From the NCBI GenBank assembly GCA_040954595.2, contig CM082590.2:4712001-4776000 (forward strand): a stretch of DNA of 64,000 nt, given 5' to 3'. Within the stretch, counting starts at the first letter, position 1, and every line of letters starts with the position of its first letter. Positions 1 through 13,216 of the stretch are shown here, piece after piece. The notes below the pieces were generated by a model. It had not been told where the DNA came from. It searched no databases and worked only from the letters and a program-made list of their open reading frames with translations. Source of the stretch: Balanoglossus misakiensis. Lineage: Eukaryota; Animalia; Hemichordata. The position numbers and the translations under genes are program-made.

Positions 1-547
1 TGACCAAAGGAAGTCATAAACATATCATTTATTCTATCTCTTACTACAGTGAGTTGTCGACTTTTTACCAAGAATGCAATTATTATAATATGATTTGACC
101 CCCTAGCACAAAGTGAACACCTATTAAAGGCAGCCAGAATTCTGCACCATCTGCCAATTATGCAATATTTAAGCTGTCAAGTAAAACAATAAAGTAAATC
201 ATATAAATGTTTTTACTTCCCTGCTCAAAGATCGGCTGCAATAATGTACATCCATTTCTGTAATCTTCAACTTTTTCCCACAAGTCCTGTCGGCTAGATC
301 ACATGGAAAGTTCCTCCTGCAATTTAAGAAAGTTGAAAACAATTTTGAGCACAAAATCAAAACTTTCAAAAAATATAGACATCATGGGTAAGAGGAACTC
401 ATATGTTTTCATCTTCAAATTTGTATACAGTTGTTTATAAAACTGTTGCCAGTTCTCATCCACATATAAAAATGAGATAACTACAGAGCCTTATATTATA
501 ATCCTAAATTTTAAAATTTAGGAAAACATTTACTATAGTTCTAAGCA

Positions 548-913
548 GGAAAGTTAAAGGACAAAGTCTCTCTTTGCTACCCTTTTCCCATTAATTATGT
601 TTGATACAAGACACCGTTTATGTTAATGTATATGTGGATATATAGTGAATCAACGTTCAACCACACACACCTTCCATCCCGCTTGTAGACATGAGAGTGA
701 AAAACTCGCCAAAATGAATAATCAGTGTCTACCATTTATTCATTTTGGGTGAGCTTTCACTCTCATATCATACAAGTGGTATGGAATTTGTGTGTTGTTG
801 AACGTACATTCACTACATATACAAATGTTCATTAATATAAACAGTGTGTTGTATCAAACCTAATTAATGGGAAAAGGGCAGGGAGAGAGAGACTTTGTCC
901 GTTTAACTTCCTA
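548..913. mobile_element. Degenerate foldback/MITE-like palindrome (also ~18067-18432 and ~41674-42042)
   Basis: GGAAAGTTAAAGGACAAAGTCTCTC...GAGAGACTTTGTCCGTTTAACTTCC arms pair imperfectly inward to ~720-735. Confidence 0.75.
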
Positions 914-3641
914 GGCTGAGAATGCTGAAATACTTGAATAGACGCAGACATGGTCAATTGTCAATAGTCTCCTCAGTAAAAGCCCAGAAAATGTTACCAC
1001 AGGCAGTTCAACATTAAGATGATACAGTTGGTGTTTGAATCAAGGGTGCTATTCTTTTGAACTTTATGCAAATGTGCAACTCAGATCATTGACTTAGAAC
1101 AGCAGCTCACATTGTAAAATATTGGAAAATGCTTCACAAATCATCATTGATAATCATGATCACACCGAAAAAAAGATTAGATAGCACAATTTTATTCCTA
1201 CACTTTACATGGGGTGTAGTTGCAGTGCAGTGTACAGACTAAAACTGCAATGGAATTCTCTGCAATTCTTACTCTCAATCTTGCCTTACTTTATGAATAT
1301 TTTGTATACTAGTATGATTGTCATAATGGCAACAGAAAAAATGTCCCTCTCATTATCAAAAGGCCCTTAAAGTGGAGACCACCGGCAAAAATGACCTCAA
1401 ATCAAACGGTTTCATAGAAAACAATTTTTTGCGCAAAATCCCCCAAAATTGCCCCAAGAACACAAATATGGAAATTTCACCAACAAGGTATGTACGACAG
1501 CTTACTTTGGTTATCCCTAGGAACATGCCTACCAAAATCCTAATAATTCTGGACAAGAGGTTTCAGAGAAATGATTTTTTACCAAAAATCATAAAAATTA
1601 CCCAAAAATTACAAATATGCAAATTATGCAACAAACTGGAAAAAATGACTTAGATTACCTATTTGAAGCTTCATAATAAATTTTAAAGCAATCAACCCAT
1701 GATTGTTTACAGTCTATAATATAAAACAAGACTAAAATCTTCATAAAAATAGAAAATTCATGATATTAACTAAAAACTTTGAGGCCTGTGTGAGGTTCAG
1801 TGGTTGACATAAGGTACATGCATACCAATATTCAAAGCAATTTGCCCAATAGTTGTTGAGTTTCAGAGTTTTGACCAATTTCACATATTCAAGCTTATTT
1901 GCATATTTTTGAGAATGTCAACTTCGTTTATATCAAGGTGATATGCCAAGTGGTTTCCAAGTTTTTTTATTTGGATTGACATACATACCATGGGACCTAA
2001 ACACAACGTTTCAGTCAACTTTATGAGCGTTGCTACTCTAGTGAAATTCAAGTTGTAATTGCTCGGATAGAAATTTGTCTAGTCATGCTTTATATGGATA
2101 GTTTTGGTTTGCTATGGAACTACTGACTATTTGGCTTGTTGTATGAATACGACTATGAGTAAACATTCATACAAACTCGTTATTATGATATAAAAAGCCT
2201 AAAAATGCATCTGAAACCAAATTTTTCGCTTACTGTGAATATGTGTTATAAAATTGAATCCTTCGTCAATGCTGGCCGGGGTCACAAATTATGTCACGGC
2301 ATGTTTTTTCGTAAACACGATATTAAATTTAATTAAATAGGACCTAATGTACTCACTGAAACGTTCAAGTCGACCAACGATATTCCATGCACACTGTGTA
2401 ACATCTTCAGAGGGACTCCAGCATAAAATTTGGATTCAAACGCGCACACAAATCATAATATTCTCGTCAGAGAGATAAAGTCCGCCATGACACCTTGTGA
2501 CGCAATCGTGTAACATTCCATTACGTTGGACAACTTCCAATGCCTGCGCTAGAAATACACAAGAAACTTGAACTGTTCATGATAAAACTTGCACCTGGAC
2601 CTCTGACGAATACTTGGAACCAGTATTTCAGGAATAATATTCCATTTTGAGGGCTTCGCGCTCCATTCAATCCGAGCGATGGAAGTCAGAAGTTCAAATC
2701 GCCCCGCCATGACACCACGACTATACAGCGCCCCCAACGCCACCTTTTGTTTTTGTCTCTTCACAGCTCCGAGTCAGCTGGCTCCAAGTACGAGTGTTCA
2801 TTGCAAGCCGTGTAATATATAAGGCCACATGGCCCAGACTGCTATGAAAGTTTCCCCGGGCAGTGTATCTAATACAGCGGATGTTATATAGCGATTCCCT
2901 TTTGCTACAGTCACGGTGACGAGCAAAGCCATCCTTTCCTTTTAGCGTATAGCGCAGTCAGCGTGGGAATGGGCGGGGGAACAGACCAGTACTGGAAAGT
3001 AAAACTGTAAAAGTAAAATGTCTTTTCATATTTTAATAGACGAACTCTGCAAAAGTTTTATTCCCAAACATGAATTTTGAGATATTTAAAACTTGTATTT
3101 GATAGCAATTTAGGCCTACACTGGCCTACTGAATCAACATTTTTTCACACGGAGTAGGCTCGGATGCGTAACATTATGTACCGATCTTGCCGATTTTGGA
3201 GAGAAAATTGTCCCCAAATGGCAAATATTTCCCTCAGCCCATAATTGGTGGGATAAATTCGTAGAGTCTGGTCGGAATGTCGGTTGATGAAGAGACGGGA
3301 ACACGAGTAGAGTAGATTTAAACGCCAATGATAGGCCTATGACTTTATTTCAAAAAGGATCAACCGTGGATATACTGGACAAGGCCTGTAGTCCAGGCTG
3401 TACCCCACTCTGGAACGAACTCCTTTAGTGTAGAACAGGGTGTAGAATGAACTGAAATGTGTTGGAACCCCTGACTTTAGGAGCTGAAATTCACTCCTTT
3501 GTATATGCTGTAAAAGACAATAAATTTTCGCGAAATACGCGAGAGCCAAAATAGCGTGAAAATAAAAAGTCGCGTAAATTTTTTTGAAGATGACGATGCA
3601 GTGAATAAAATAAGAGAACGCGAATATTAAAACTCGGGAAT

Positions 3642-3790
3642 TAGTGGGGCAGTTAACCAAAAAATCGTGCACTTAGGGTTAAAAGCATGAAACTTGGTAC
3701 ACTTGTGCATTGACCCATGGCGGCCATTTTCTGATATGGATCCAAAATGACATCGCCCTCTACTGGCCAGAAACAGACATTCATACTTTC
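3642..3790 (+). mobile_element. Left terminus of a TAG-starting TIR DNA transposon family (Academ-like, tentative); also ~48162-48310
   Basis: TAGTGGGGCAGTTAACCAAAAAATCGTGCAC...; inverted copies at ~5000-5087 and ~23110-23365. Confidence 0.55.
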
Positions 3791-3932
3791 TCCCCATTAA
3801 TGGCACTGTTTGGTCATTTGTAACACTCAGAAACAGGATGTGGGTTGTAAAACATGCTTGCTACCATACATTCATGTGTATATTATCCTAATCCTGATAT
3901 TATTAAAGTGTAAACATCTTCTGCATCTAAAC

Positions 3933-4392
3933 AAAATACAGCAGCCAGAATCATTACCCGCACGAGGAAATCACCAGTTCTTCATAGTCTCCATTGGTTG
4001 CCAGTTCGACACACACAGACTCGACTACAAAATTCTACTACTAACGTACAAGGCTCTCAACCGTCTTGCCCCAGTCTACATTCAGGATCTGATCAAGCCA
4101 TATAAGCCTAGTCGTGCTCTGCGCTCCAGCTCAAGGAACCAGTTGTGTGTACCAAAGTACAGACTCAAAACATATGGTGGACGTGCCTTTTCCGTTGTCG
4201 CGCCACAACTTTGGAATTCTCTGCCATCTGACATTCAACAGGCTTCTAGTCTCAACATTTTCAAACAAAAACTCAAGACATTTCTATTTGTCAAAGCCTA
4301 CGAACACTGATGTTATACTTTCAGTGCCTTTGGAAATAACATTGTTATTGATTCTGGCGCTTTATAAATGTTTGTTTTGATTGATTGATTGA
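3933..4392 (+). mobile_element. 5'-truncated L2/CR1-group LINE 3' fragment, absent from copy C
   Basis: QNTAARII...LHWLPV/(frameshift)/YKILLLTYKAL..AP.Y...RAFSVVAPQLWNSLP...FKQKLKTFLF; (TTGA)n tail; TSD TAAAC at 3928-3932/4393-4397; empty site at ~49583. Confidence 0.9.
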
Positions 4393-5104
4393 TAAACGAC
4401 CCGTTTTCAGAAATTCGAGTATGATATGATTATAACCAAATTTCTTCCAGGAATTCTGAGTTTAAATTCCAACACACTGTTTAGTAACATCCCTTGGTAA
4501 ATGAATCAGCATTTAGGATAAACTATTTGCAAGCCACTGAAAAGACTGGAAAGACAGATGCGCCCTCATAGTTGTATTGAATGATTGATTTTCCTTTATC
4601 TAGTTTCCTTTTGTGTAAATTTTTTTGAGTGTTCGTAATTTTCTGTTTGATGTTTATTTTTCCCTTTGGTGTTTTGTTTTTAACTGTCACCGATGTTTAC
4701 TTATTGGCCTCGCTTTGAGTTTCTGTGTGAGGGCGCTAGACTTACGAAAAGGGTGTACACCACTTTGCAGGTTCTAAGTTGGACTTGTCTGGTCGCCTGC
4801 CCCATTTCTGTAGCATGGCTTCATTGTGTTACATGAAAAGGGTCAGGTAAGGGAAAAACCATTCGATTTCAGGGGGGTTAAGGATGTGGGTATGTGACCC
4901 AGTTATTTTCACCAACTGTATGTTTACAGCATTTTTTATATTGCCAGACGTACTTTTTTTTCTCAATGCATTGCAGAAAGTATACTCATCCCAGAAATCG
5001 AATGGCCGCCATGGGTCAATGCATATGTCTACCAAGTTTCATGCCTTTAACCCGAAGTGCATGATTTTATGGTTAACTGCCCCACTACTAGCGTAACCGC
5101 TTAA

Positions 5105-5411
5105 AGTCCCTAGAGCTGCCAAATTTCACTGATTTTCTTCCACAGTAAAACACTTCAAATATATTCCCTATCCTCTAAAATCCTCACCATTAAGCCATAT
5201 TTCTTGCATTTGCATCAGTTTGTCATCTTTTGGTGATGCATACCACGATAGCTGCATTCTGTTTGTATGGAGGCTGATTAAACCGTTTTAATACATAGCA
5301 TTTTCAAATCACTACATACAGCCATAATCGGGCATCGGTAAAGTGTTCACATATACCTATCAGTAAAATAAAATTGTGAAAATAATGCAAAAAGTGGCAG
5401 CTATAGAGGCT
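5105..5411. mobile_element. TTAA-flanked MITE (Kolobok-like); also ~23380-23686
   Basis: TTAA|AGTCCCTAGAGCTGCC ... GGCAGCTATAGAGGCT|TTAA imperfect TIRs. Confidence 0.7.
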
Positions 5412-5542
5412 TTAATGTATTTCCCCATGTTTTAGGTCTCCATGTTGATTCACAATTTCATGTCAACAAGTTCACATTCTACCACCACATCACATCTACA
5501 CATCAACTATCACTGTGATAGAAGCTACCATTTTCAAGTTAA

Positions 5543-5727
5543 ATATATACAGTCACCGCCAATTTACATACACCCATATATGGCTGAAATAGAATATTTG
5601 CGGGTTCCAAATAACATATGGCGGCGCTCTTTTTTTCGCATGTGCCACCCACTGAAAATCCGTGATTGGCTAGATCTCAAGTTAACGTGGTAACTGTAGC
5701 TAAATTTCCATAGGTGACCGTATACCT
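5543..5727. mobile_element. 185-bp TTAA MITE, older inverted member of the 50037-50221 family; also 23818-24005
   Basis: TATACAGTCACC...GGTGACCGTATACCT TIRs; reverse-complement similarity to 50037-50221. Confidence 0.8.
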
Positions 5728-6859
5728 TCTCTACACGTACTGTTGACTGACACACACAATCCCCTAACTCTCAACACATACATACAAAGACCCAACCCAC
5801 TCCACGTGTAGTCTCCATGGCCATGCCACCTGGCCTGCAGGCGACCACATCCAAAAGCATACACACACACAATACATGTCAATTTTACATGAGGAGCGGC
5901 TCATGTACTTTATTCTAAACTTGAATGATATATAAACTGAAAATTTACCCCGCACCAAAACCCAGAGATAAAACCCTTTTTTCAGGATAAGGGGAAAAAA
6001 CTCTGGGAAAGCGTAGGTAATTCACCAACTTTACAAAAAATTCTATTTCTAAATTCATGCCTCTTTGAAAACCCTACTTTCAAGTGAAGATGCTAATCTG
6101 TTACACAAAATAGCAGGTTCACAGAAAGAAAATGTTGGAAGTATTACAATACCAAGCAAAATTTGGTATTGTAGCTCTAAACTAAAACTGACAAAAATTA
6201 ATATTTCATATCTGAATGAATAAAGTGTTCTCAATAAATCATAATAGGTTTGGTGTTACACTGTTCTAAATGTAGCATTTACAATTAAAGGGCAACTACC
6301 TGTAATTTTTGGTACAGAATTGTTAATATTGACAAATGCATTCAATTGACTTGAATACAATTGTTAACAATAACAATGCTGATTATGCATACCAGAAATC
6401 GTGGTGCATACATAGACCAAAATTACGTACTGAAAAATTTGTCAAATGTAACACATAGTGGACCTTAATGTCTATAAGAATAAATCTCAAACAATGTCAA
6501 GTGAACGTAAAATCTTAAATTTCATATTAAAATACAAAAAGAATAAAGTTATACTATTGAACACTGCACACAGCAGTTGAGTCTAAAGTGACTAATATAC
6601 TGGGGGCGATCCCAAACAGAAACGGGTCATATAGTCATAAATATCCCCCACCCTTATAAAGACCCCTTTCTCCTTGGGATGGCTCCTGTGATAAAATGAA
6701 ACTGTGCTGGACTTGAAGAGATATACGCAGGAAACCTCATCAGTTACAGCCACTGCGAAGACTTCATTGATGATCCCCCAAAATTGGGGGGAAAATGTAG
6801 ATGAATGTTGAAATCTTCAAAAGCAAATTGAAAGTATTTTACTGTCAAAAAAGTGTAAA

Positions 6860-7960
6860 TAATTTGTTGCCTGTAAGCCATGATGCATGATCTCCATGCC
6901 ATTCAATTTATGAGCGAATTTACTGATTTACTACCCTCCCCCCGAAATACAAACAAAACAATTATGAATATATGGCTTCTGCAAACACATTATTTAGCAA
7001 ATTAAAATCTTATCTGATAAAGTCACTTGAAAATGTGAAAGACCCTCTTAAATTGAGGAAAAAGAGGAATGTTCAAATGTAAAATAACTGAAAACTGAAT
7101 GTGTATAAAACTTCTTAAAAAGAAGTATATCATTGTAAATAATGTGTTGCCTGTAAGCCATGATGCATGATCTCCATGCCATTCAATTTATGAGCAAATT
7201 TACTGATTTACTACCCTCCCCCCGAAATACAAACAAAACAATTATGAATATATGGCTTCTGCAAACACATTATTTAGCAAATTAAAATCTTATCTGATAA
7301 AGTCACTTGAAAATGTGAAAGACCCTCTCAAATTGAGGAAAAAGAAGAATGTTCAAATGTAAAATAACTGAAAACTAAATGTGTATAAAATAGAGAAAAC
7401 TTCTTGAAAAGAAGTATATCATTGTAAATAATGTGTTGCCTGTAAGCCATGATGCATGATCTCCATGCCATTTAATTTTTTAGCGAATTTACTGCCCCCC
7501 CCCCCAAATACAAACAAAACAAAACAATAATGAATACATGGCTTCTGCAAACACATTATTTATGTTCTTATAAAGGAAATTTTCATCAATAAAATCAAAG
7601 GACTGTTAACACTCAGACGATGCATAAATACTTGGCAATGTCAAGCCAAAGCAAATTACCTCGTCTGATACAGCCATTGGAAAAAAGTTCATTAAAGACC
7701 CTCGAACATTGAGGAAAAAGGCTAAACATGTGCGTTTAAATAACTCAAAATTGAAAGTGTATAAAATAAAGAAAACTCCACAATGTGAAGTTTTTTTATT
7801 GTCCACAAAGTTTAAATAATGTGTTGCCTGTAAGCCATGTTGCATAGGCTCAATGCTATTCAATTTAAGAGCAAATTCACCAATATATTCCCCCCCTGCC
7901 CAAAAAAAAACAATTATGCCTATATGGCTACTGCAAACACATTATTTATGTATTTAAAAA
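6860..7960. repeat. ~290-bp tandem repeat (4 motif starts here; 5 at ~25135-26540)
   Basis: GTTGCCTGTAAGCCA at ~6866, 7146, 7435, 7823 and ~25142, 25430, 25726, 26015, 26404. Confidence 0.9.
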
Positions 7961-8717
7961 GAAAAAAAAATCATCAAAAATCAAAGCACTATAAACCTAG
8001 TAATCACACAATGCATATACATGCAACGATGCAAATGCATTAAAAGTGTGATATAAAAATACTTAATTATGTCAAGTAAAGGCAAAATCATTAAGGTAAT
8101 ATTAAAGAACCTACTTGTGCACTGAGTCTGTTGATTGGGGTCGTCGTTGTGTGGGACTCGCTAGCAATGTGGGGAAAATCTATTGATTATCGACAGACTT
8201 AGTGGGCAAGACGTGACCATAAAATAGATATACCAACATATCGAACTGTTGAATACTACGCAAACAAACAAAAAACCCAACTAATGAACTGATCCCAGGA
8301 AACTACACTGGACTTGAAGGATCTATTGCAAGTTTTAGTGGACTTGAAGTATTTATTGAAATATTTTTCTCATCATGAAATTAAGTTAGTCATGCTAAAC
8401 TATGGTATTATAAAAACATATTGCAATTGAAACCTTCTCATCTGTTATAGCCATTGGAAAAATTCATTAAAGACATACCCTAAAAAATAGGAAAAAGAAC
8501 ACAGACAGATAATAAAATCCTAAAAATTTTAAAATGCACACACATACATACCGTATTCTTTATTTATAATATGGGAAAGTACAACGGAGCAAGCGACAGA
8601 CGCGCGCGCGTGCAAAAACATACATTGCTTGAAGACGGACTGCAATCTTGGGATTCTTGGGATCTTGTAGAGAACCAGCTTCATCAGATGACCAAAAACA
8701 TCCTAGGCGCGGAAAGA

Positions 8718-9635
8718 ACACAACCACGGCAAACACAGAGGCCAGAATGTGACGAGAGAGTAGTCACAGACACCCAAAAATGTGGACAATTCGAATAGGA
8801 ATTCGAAAACACAACCACGGCAAACACAGAGGCCACAATGTTACGAGAGAGTAGTCACAGAGACCCAAAAATGTGGACAATTCGAATATGAAATCGAAAA
8901 CACAACCACGGCAAACACATAGGCCAAAATGTGACGAGAGAGTCGTCACAGACACCCAAAAATGTGGACAATTCGAATATGAATTCGAAAACACAACCAC
9001 GGCAAACACAGAGGCCAGAATGTGACGAGAGAGTGGTCACAGACACCCAAAAATGTCGACAATTCGAATATGAATTCGAAAACACAACCACGGCAAACAC
9101 AGAGGCCAGAATGTGACGAGAGAGTAGTCACAGACACCCAAAAATGTCGACAATTCGAATATGAAGTCGAAAACACAACCACGGCAAACACAGAGGCCAA
9201 AATGTGACGAGAGAGTAGTCACAGACACCCAAAAATGTGGACAATTCGAATAGGAATTCGAAAACACAACCACGGCAAACACAGAGGCCAGAATGTGACG
9301 AGAGAGTGGTCACAGACACCCAAAAATGTCGACAATTCGAATATGAATTCGAAAACACAACCACGGCAAACACACAGGCCAGAATGTGACGAGAGAGTAG
9401 TCACAGACACCCAAAAATGTTGACAATTCGAATATGAATTCAAAAACACAACCACGGCAAACACAGAGGCCAGAATGTGACGAGAGAGTAGTCACAGACA
9501 CCCAAAAATGTCGACAATTCGAATATGAAGTCGAAAACACAACCACGGCAAACACAGAGGCCAGAATGTGACGAGAGAGTAGTCACAGACACCCAAAAAT
9601 GTCGACAATTCGAATAGGAATTCGAAAACACAACA
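8718..9635. repeat. 91-bp CpG-rich satellite, ~10 units
   Basis: Unit CCACGGCAAACACAGAGGCCAGAATGTGACGAGAGAGTAGTCACAGACACCCAAAAATGTCGACAATTCGAATATGAATTCGAAAACACAA. Confidence 0.97.
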
Positions 9636-9675
9636 CAGAGAGTACTCCGAGACATCCAAAAATTTTGAAAATATT

Positions 9676-9775
9676 CATACATGCATACATACATACATAC
9701 ATACATACATACAGACAGACAGACAGACAGACAGACATACATATATACATACATACATACAAGACAGACAGACAG

Positions 9776-9806
<31 letters not shown>

Positions 9807-9854
9807 CAATACATACATACATACATACATACATACATACATACATACATACAT

Positions 9855-9888
<34 letters not shown>

Positions 9889-10120
9889 GGGTACATGCAA
9901 ATATACAACGACACAAATAAATATATAAATAAATGAATGAATGAACGAGTGAATGAATGAATGAATAAATGAATGAATGAATGAATGAATGTATGTATGT
10001 ATGTATGTATGTATGTATGTATGTATGTATGTATGTATGTATGTATGTATTTATGTATGTATGTATGTATGTATGTATGTATGTATGAATGAATGAATGA
10101 ATGGATGGATGGATGGATGA
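9676..10120. repeat. Compound microsatellite (TACA/GACA/TA/CA, then TGAA/TGTA/TGGA); paralog ~30168-30470
   Basis: Direct reading. Confidence 0.95.
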
Positions 10121-11489
10121 ATGTACAATACTAGTAAATCATGCCTATATCCAGTACATTCTGGAAAAATGACCGTCCAAGTTTATAGAGAGAGAGAGAG
10201 AGCCAGTCAAACAATTTTCAATGTTGGTCAACTGTTCATTGTCATATTTGCTTTCTGTATCAATACAGGACTAATGCTGTACACCCTTTGTATTCTGTTT
10301 ACCATTCAGCTTTGATATCTTAACTTGACTTTTTCTTTATATGTGGGTGCAATTATGCTACAAAGCTAAACGGTAAACACCTGAAGGCTGCTGTACCCTG
10401 TGCAATGAACGTAAATTTACACTAAGTGCTTGCTACATGCAATGCTTATTGTGCCTATAGGATTCAACAACCTTCAGATTATGCTGAATAAATCATGGTG
10501 ATAATTTAGCAGTGTTGGCAAACTGAAGTGTACAATTTAGTTTTAACCCTCTCTCTCTCTCTGACACAATGACAAAAAATGCTATCAGAATAATACATTT
10601 GTAATACAGATCATATAAATGAGGAAGGGATTGATCAATGTTCAATTTCGTCCCGTGGGAGAAGTTCTATTCTTGGAATGACGATGGAATCAAAGTCAGT
10701 AAAATAAAGTCACTGTCCTTGGAAGGAAACTTCTCTGCATCCGATTCACTGGGGCTTCTGCATTCATACATGTATCCTCTTCTTGCCTATGCACAGAAAG
10801 ACGACATAACACTCACCTTGTATTGATTGATTGATTACAGCAAATAAGAGACATTCAACATTCACACAGAAACGAAAATATGCTCCTGTCAAACACTGAA
10901 CATGGGTAAAAAAGGGGCCCAGGATGTGACAACATCTGATCAGGTCACTTCTTGATCACTATGTAATATGGTGGTAGAACACACTTGGGCCCCACTTTTG
11001 TATTTTTGTCTGGCGTAACACTCCCTTAAAACTCTACCAAATGAAGATAAGCCCGCGTCAAAAGAGTGAATTGAAGTCCGCGAAACTACAAGTTAAAGAA
11101 TCTGCTGTTTTTCATCAGGCAATGAACTGGTTGAATGCATATTGGAAGAGAAAGCACTAGGATGGATTGGGCATCAGTTACAGTATTCCGAGTATGGCGT
11201 TGACTCCTCTCTCTGTACAGCGATTATGAATAAGTGGAAAGACCAGCTCTGGGCATAAATGCTATAAAATCAGACCCAGTTCATCATGCATTTGCTGGAT
11301 GAATATTTATCCCGACTGAAGCACACAGTATATACTGACCATGTGCACTTCCAGTGTTTTTATATAATATGGATGTGTATAGGAGCATTTCAGGGGGTGG
11401 GGTGGGGGGTGGGGGTGGGGGGCTTGCTATCAAGTAAAATGAAGGAATGCATCGACTTTTATTATCAGTGGCCCGTAAGGTTATACTAT

Positions 11490-12515
11490 GTTACCTTTGA
11501 AGTGCTTGGCGACTATACCGGTACAAGCATGCACAGATCTATGTTGATAGACATTACTCATCACAGGGACCAGTGACTGTTATCTGCAAAAATGAAAAAT
11601 ATGCCAATAAGTATTTCTGTGTCCAACAGCACGGCAAAATGTATCTATGGACAGAGATGATCTCCTGTCTTCATGAACAATACAATACGTTGTACAGGGG
11701 CCTCCAAATGAGCAATTAAATTCTATGCTGTCATCCATGGCGTCTAGGAAATCTTTAAGAGAATAAGAATTATCTTATGTTACCCTCAGACACCACTTGG
11801 CTGCAATACAGGCATGTACACACATCCAGTTCGACAGATCAATGTTCATCACCAGAGAGAAACCATCAGCTGCAAAAATGGAAAATATGACAAAGTATTT
11901 TAGTGTCAAAAAACATGACAGTAAAATGTATGGACAGATGATCTCCTGGATGGACAATACAATAAGTCACACACTGCCCTCCAAAATGAGCAATTAAATT
12001 ATATGCATTCATCTATGGGGTCTAGGAAATCTTTAAGAGAATAAGAATTATCTTATATGTTACCCTCAGACACCACTTGGCTGCAATACAGGCATGTACA
12101 CACATCCAGTTCGACAGATCAATGTTGATCATCAGAGAGAAACCATTATCTACAAAAATGGAAAATATGACAGAGTATTTTAGTGTCAAAAAATAAGGCA
12201 ATAAAGTGTAAGGATAATCTCCTGGATGGACAATACAATAAGTCACACACGGCCCTCCAAAATGAGCAATTAAATTCTATGCTGTCATCTATGGGGTCTA
12301 GGAAATCTTAGAAGAACAATAATTATCTTATGTTACCCTTGCAAACTACTGTACTGCTTTAAAGGCTTGAATATACATCTAGTTTGGCAGATTTTGATCA
12401 ACAGCTAGATACCCCTTTCTGCAAAAAAATGGAAAATATGCCAATAAGTATTTCTGTGTCAAACAACATAATGGTAAAATATATCTATGGACAGAGATGA
12501 TCTCCTGTCTTCATG
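11490..12515. repeat. ~277-bp satellite: 2 conserved plus 2 degenerate edge units
   Basis: GTTACCCTCAGACACCACTTGGCTGC at ~11779 and 12060; degenerate units at ~11490 and 12331. Confidence 0.92.
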
Positions 12516-13216
12516 AATGTAATGTACTTCAATGGCTGGTTACTCAAATTTAATTTGCATACTCACACCATAGGAATCATGTTACCCGGTTACCTACTTG
12601 GCATCTGGACAGAAGGATATTGGGGATCATGGAAATCTGAAACTAATGAGAAAAAATTGTGTAAATAGACAATTAAAACTGACTGCTATGAACTCCAACT
12701 TGGCTGCTAACAATCCCAACACCTGCAACAAATAATAAATAGTAAATATTAATTTATTATCATAGACTGGTTGAGTTTAATGTTACCTATGGTACACTTA
12801 CATTGTATTTTCCCTTTTAATTTGGTGGGTAGTTAGCTATCTGATGTACATTAACCATTGTAAAACTCTAGGATCTGATAAACTTATTTTATCCAATAGA
12901 CTTACAAAATGTGAAAATATTTCTATTTCTATGGGAGAAACATGGACCGGTACTCAGTTAACTAATCATTATGGGGGACTAAAATTTCTACAAATTTAAA
13001 ATTATTCCTGTAATTATCACCTGTCTATATATTATGTACATTGTAATTGCTAAACTATACCATTCACTGGGTTTAGCTCCTTACTGGAAAATTGCCATTA
13101 CAATTTATGCCCAGTTGTGGGTTTAAGTAAAATACACAGTGATAAAAACTGCAAAATTATTAATGGAGTTTTCAAAAGTCATTCCCTAAAATCATCAGAC
13201 ATAAGTACTAAATTAT

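Noticed and set aside
1372-1653. 93-aa ORF conserved in three copies
   Set aside because: Lies in an interspersed repeat; its N-terminus differs through deletions, and conservation is explained by recent duplication.
8571-9928. Many overlapping ORFs here and at 27157-30526
   Set aside because: Artefacts of the 91-bp (non-triplet) satellite and tetranucleotide microsatellites; frames shift every unit.
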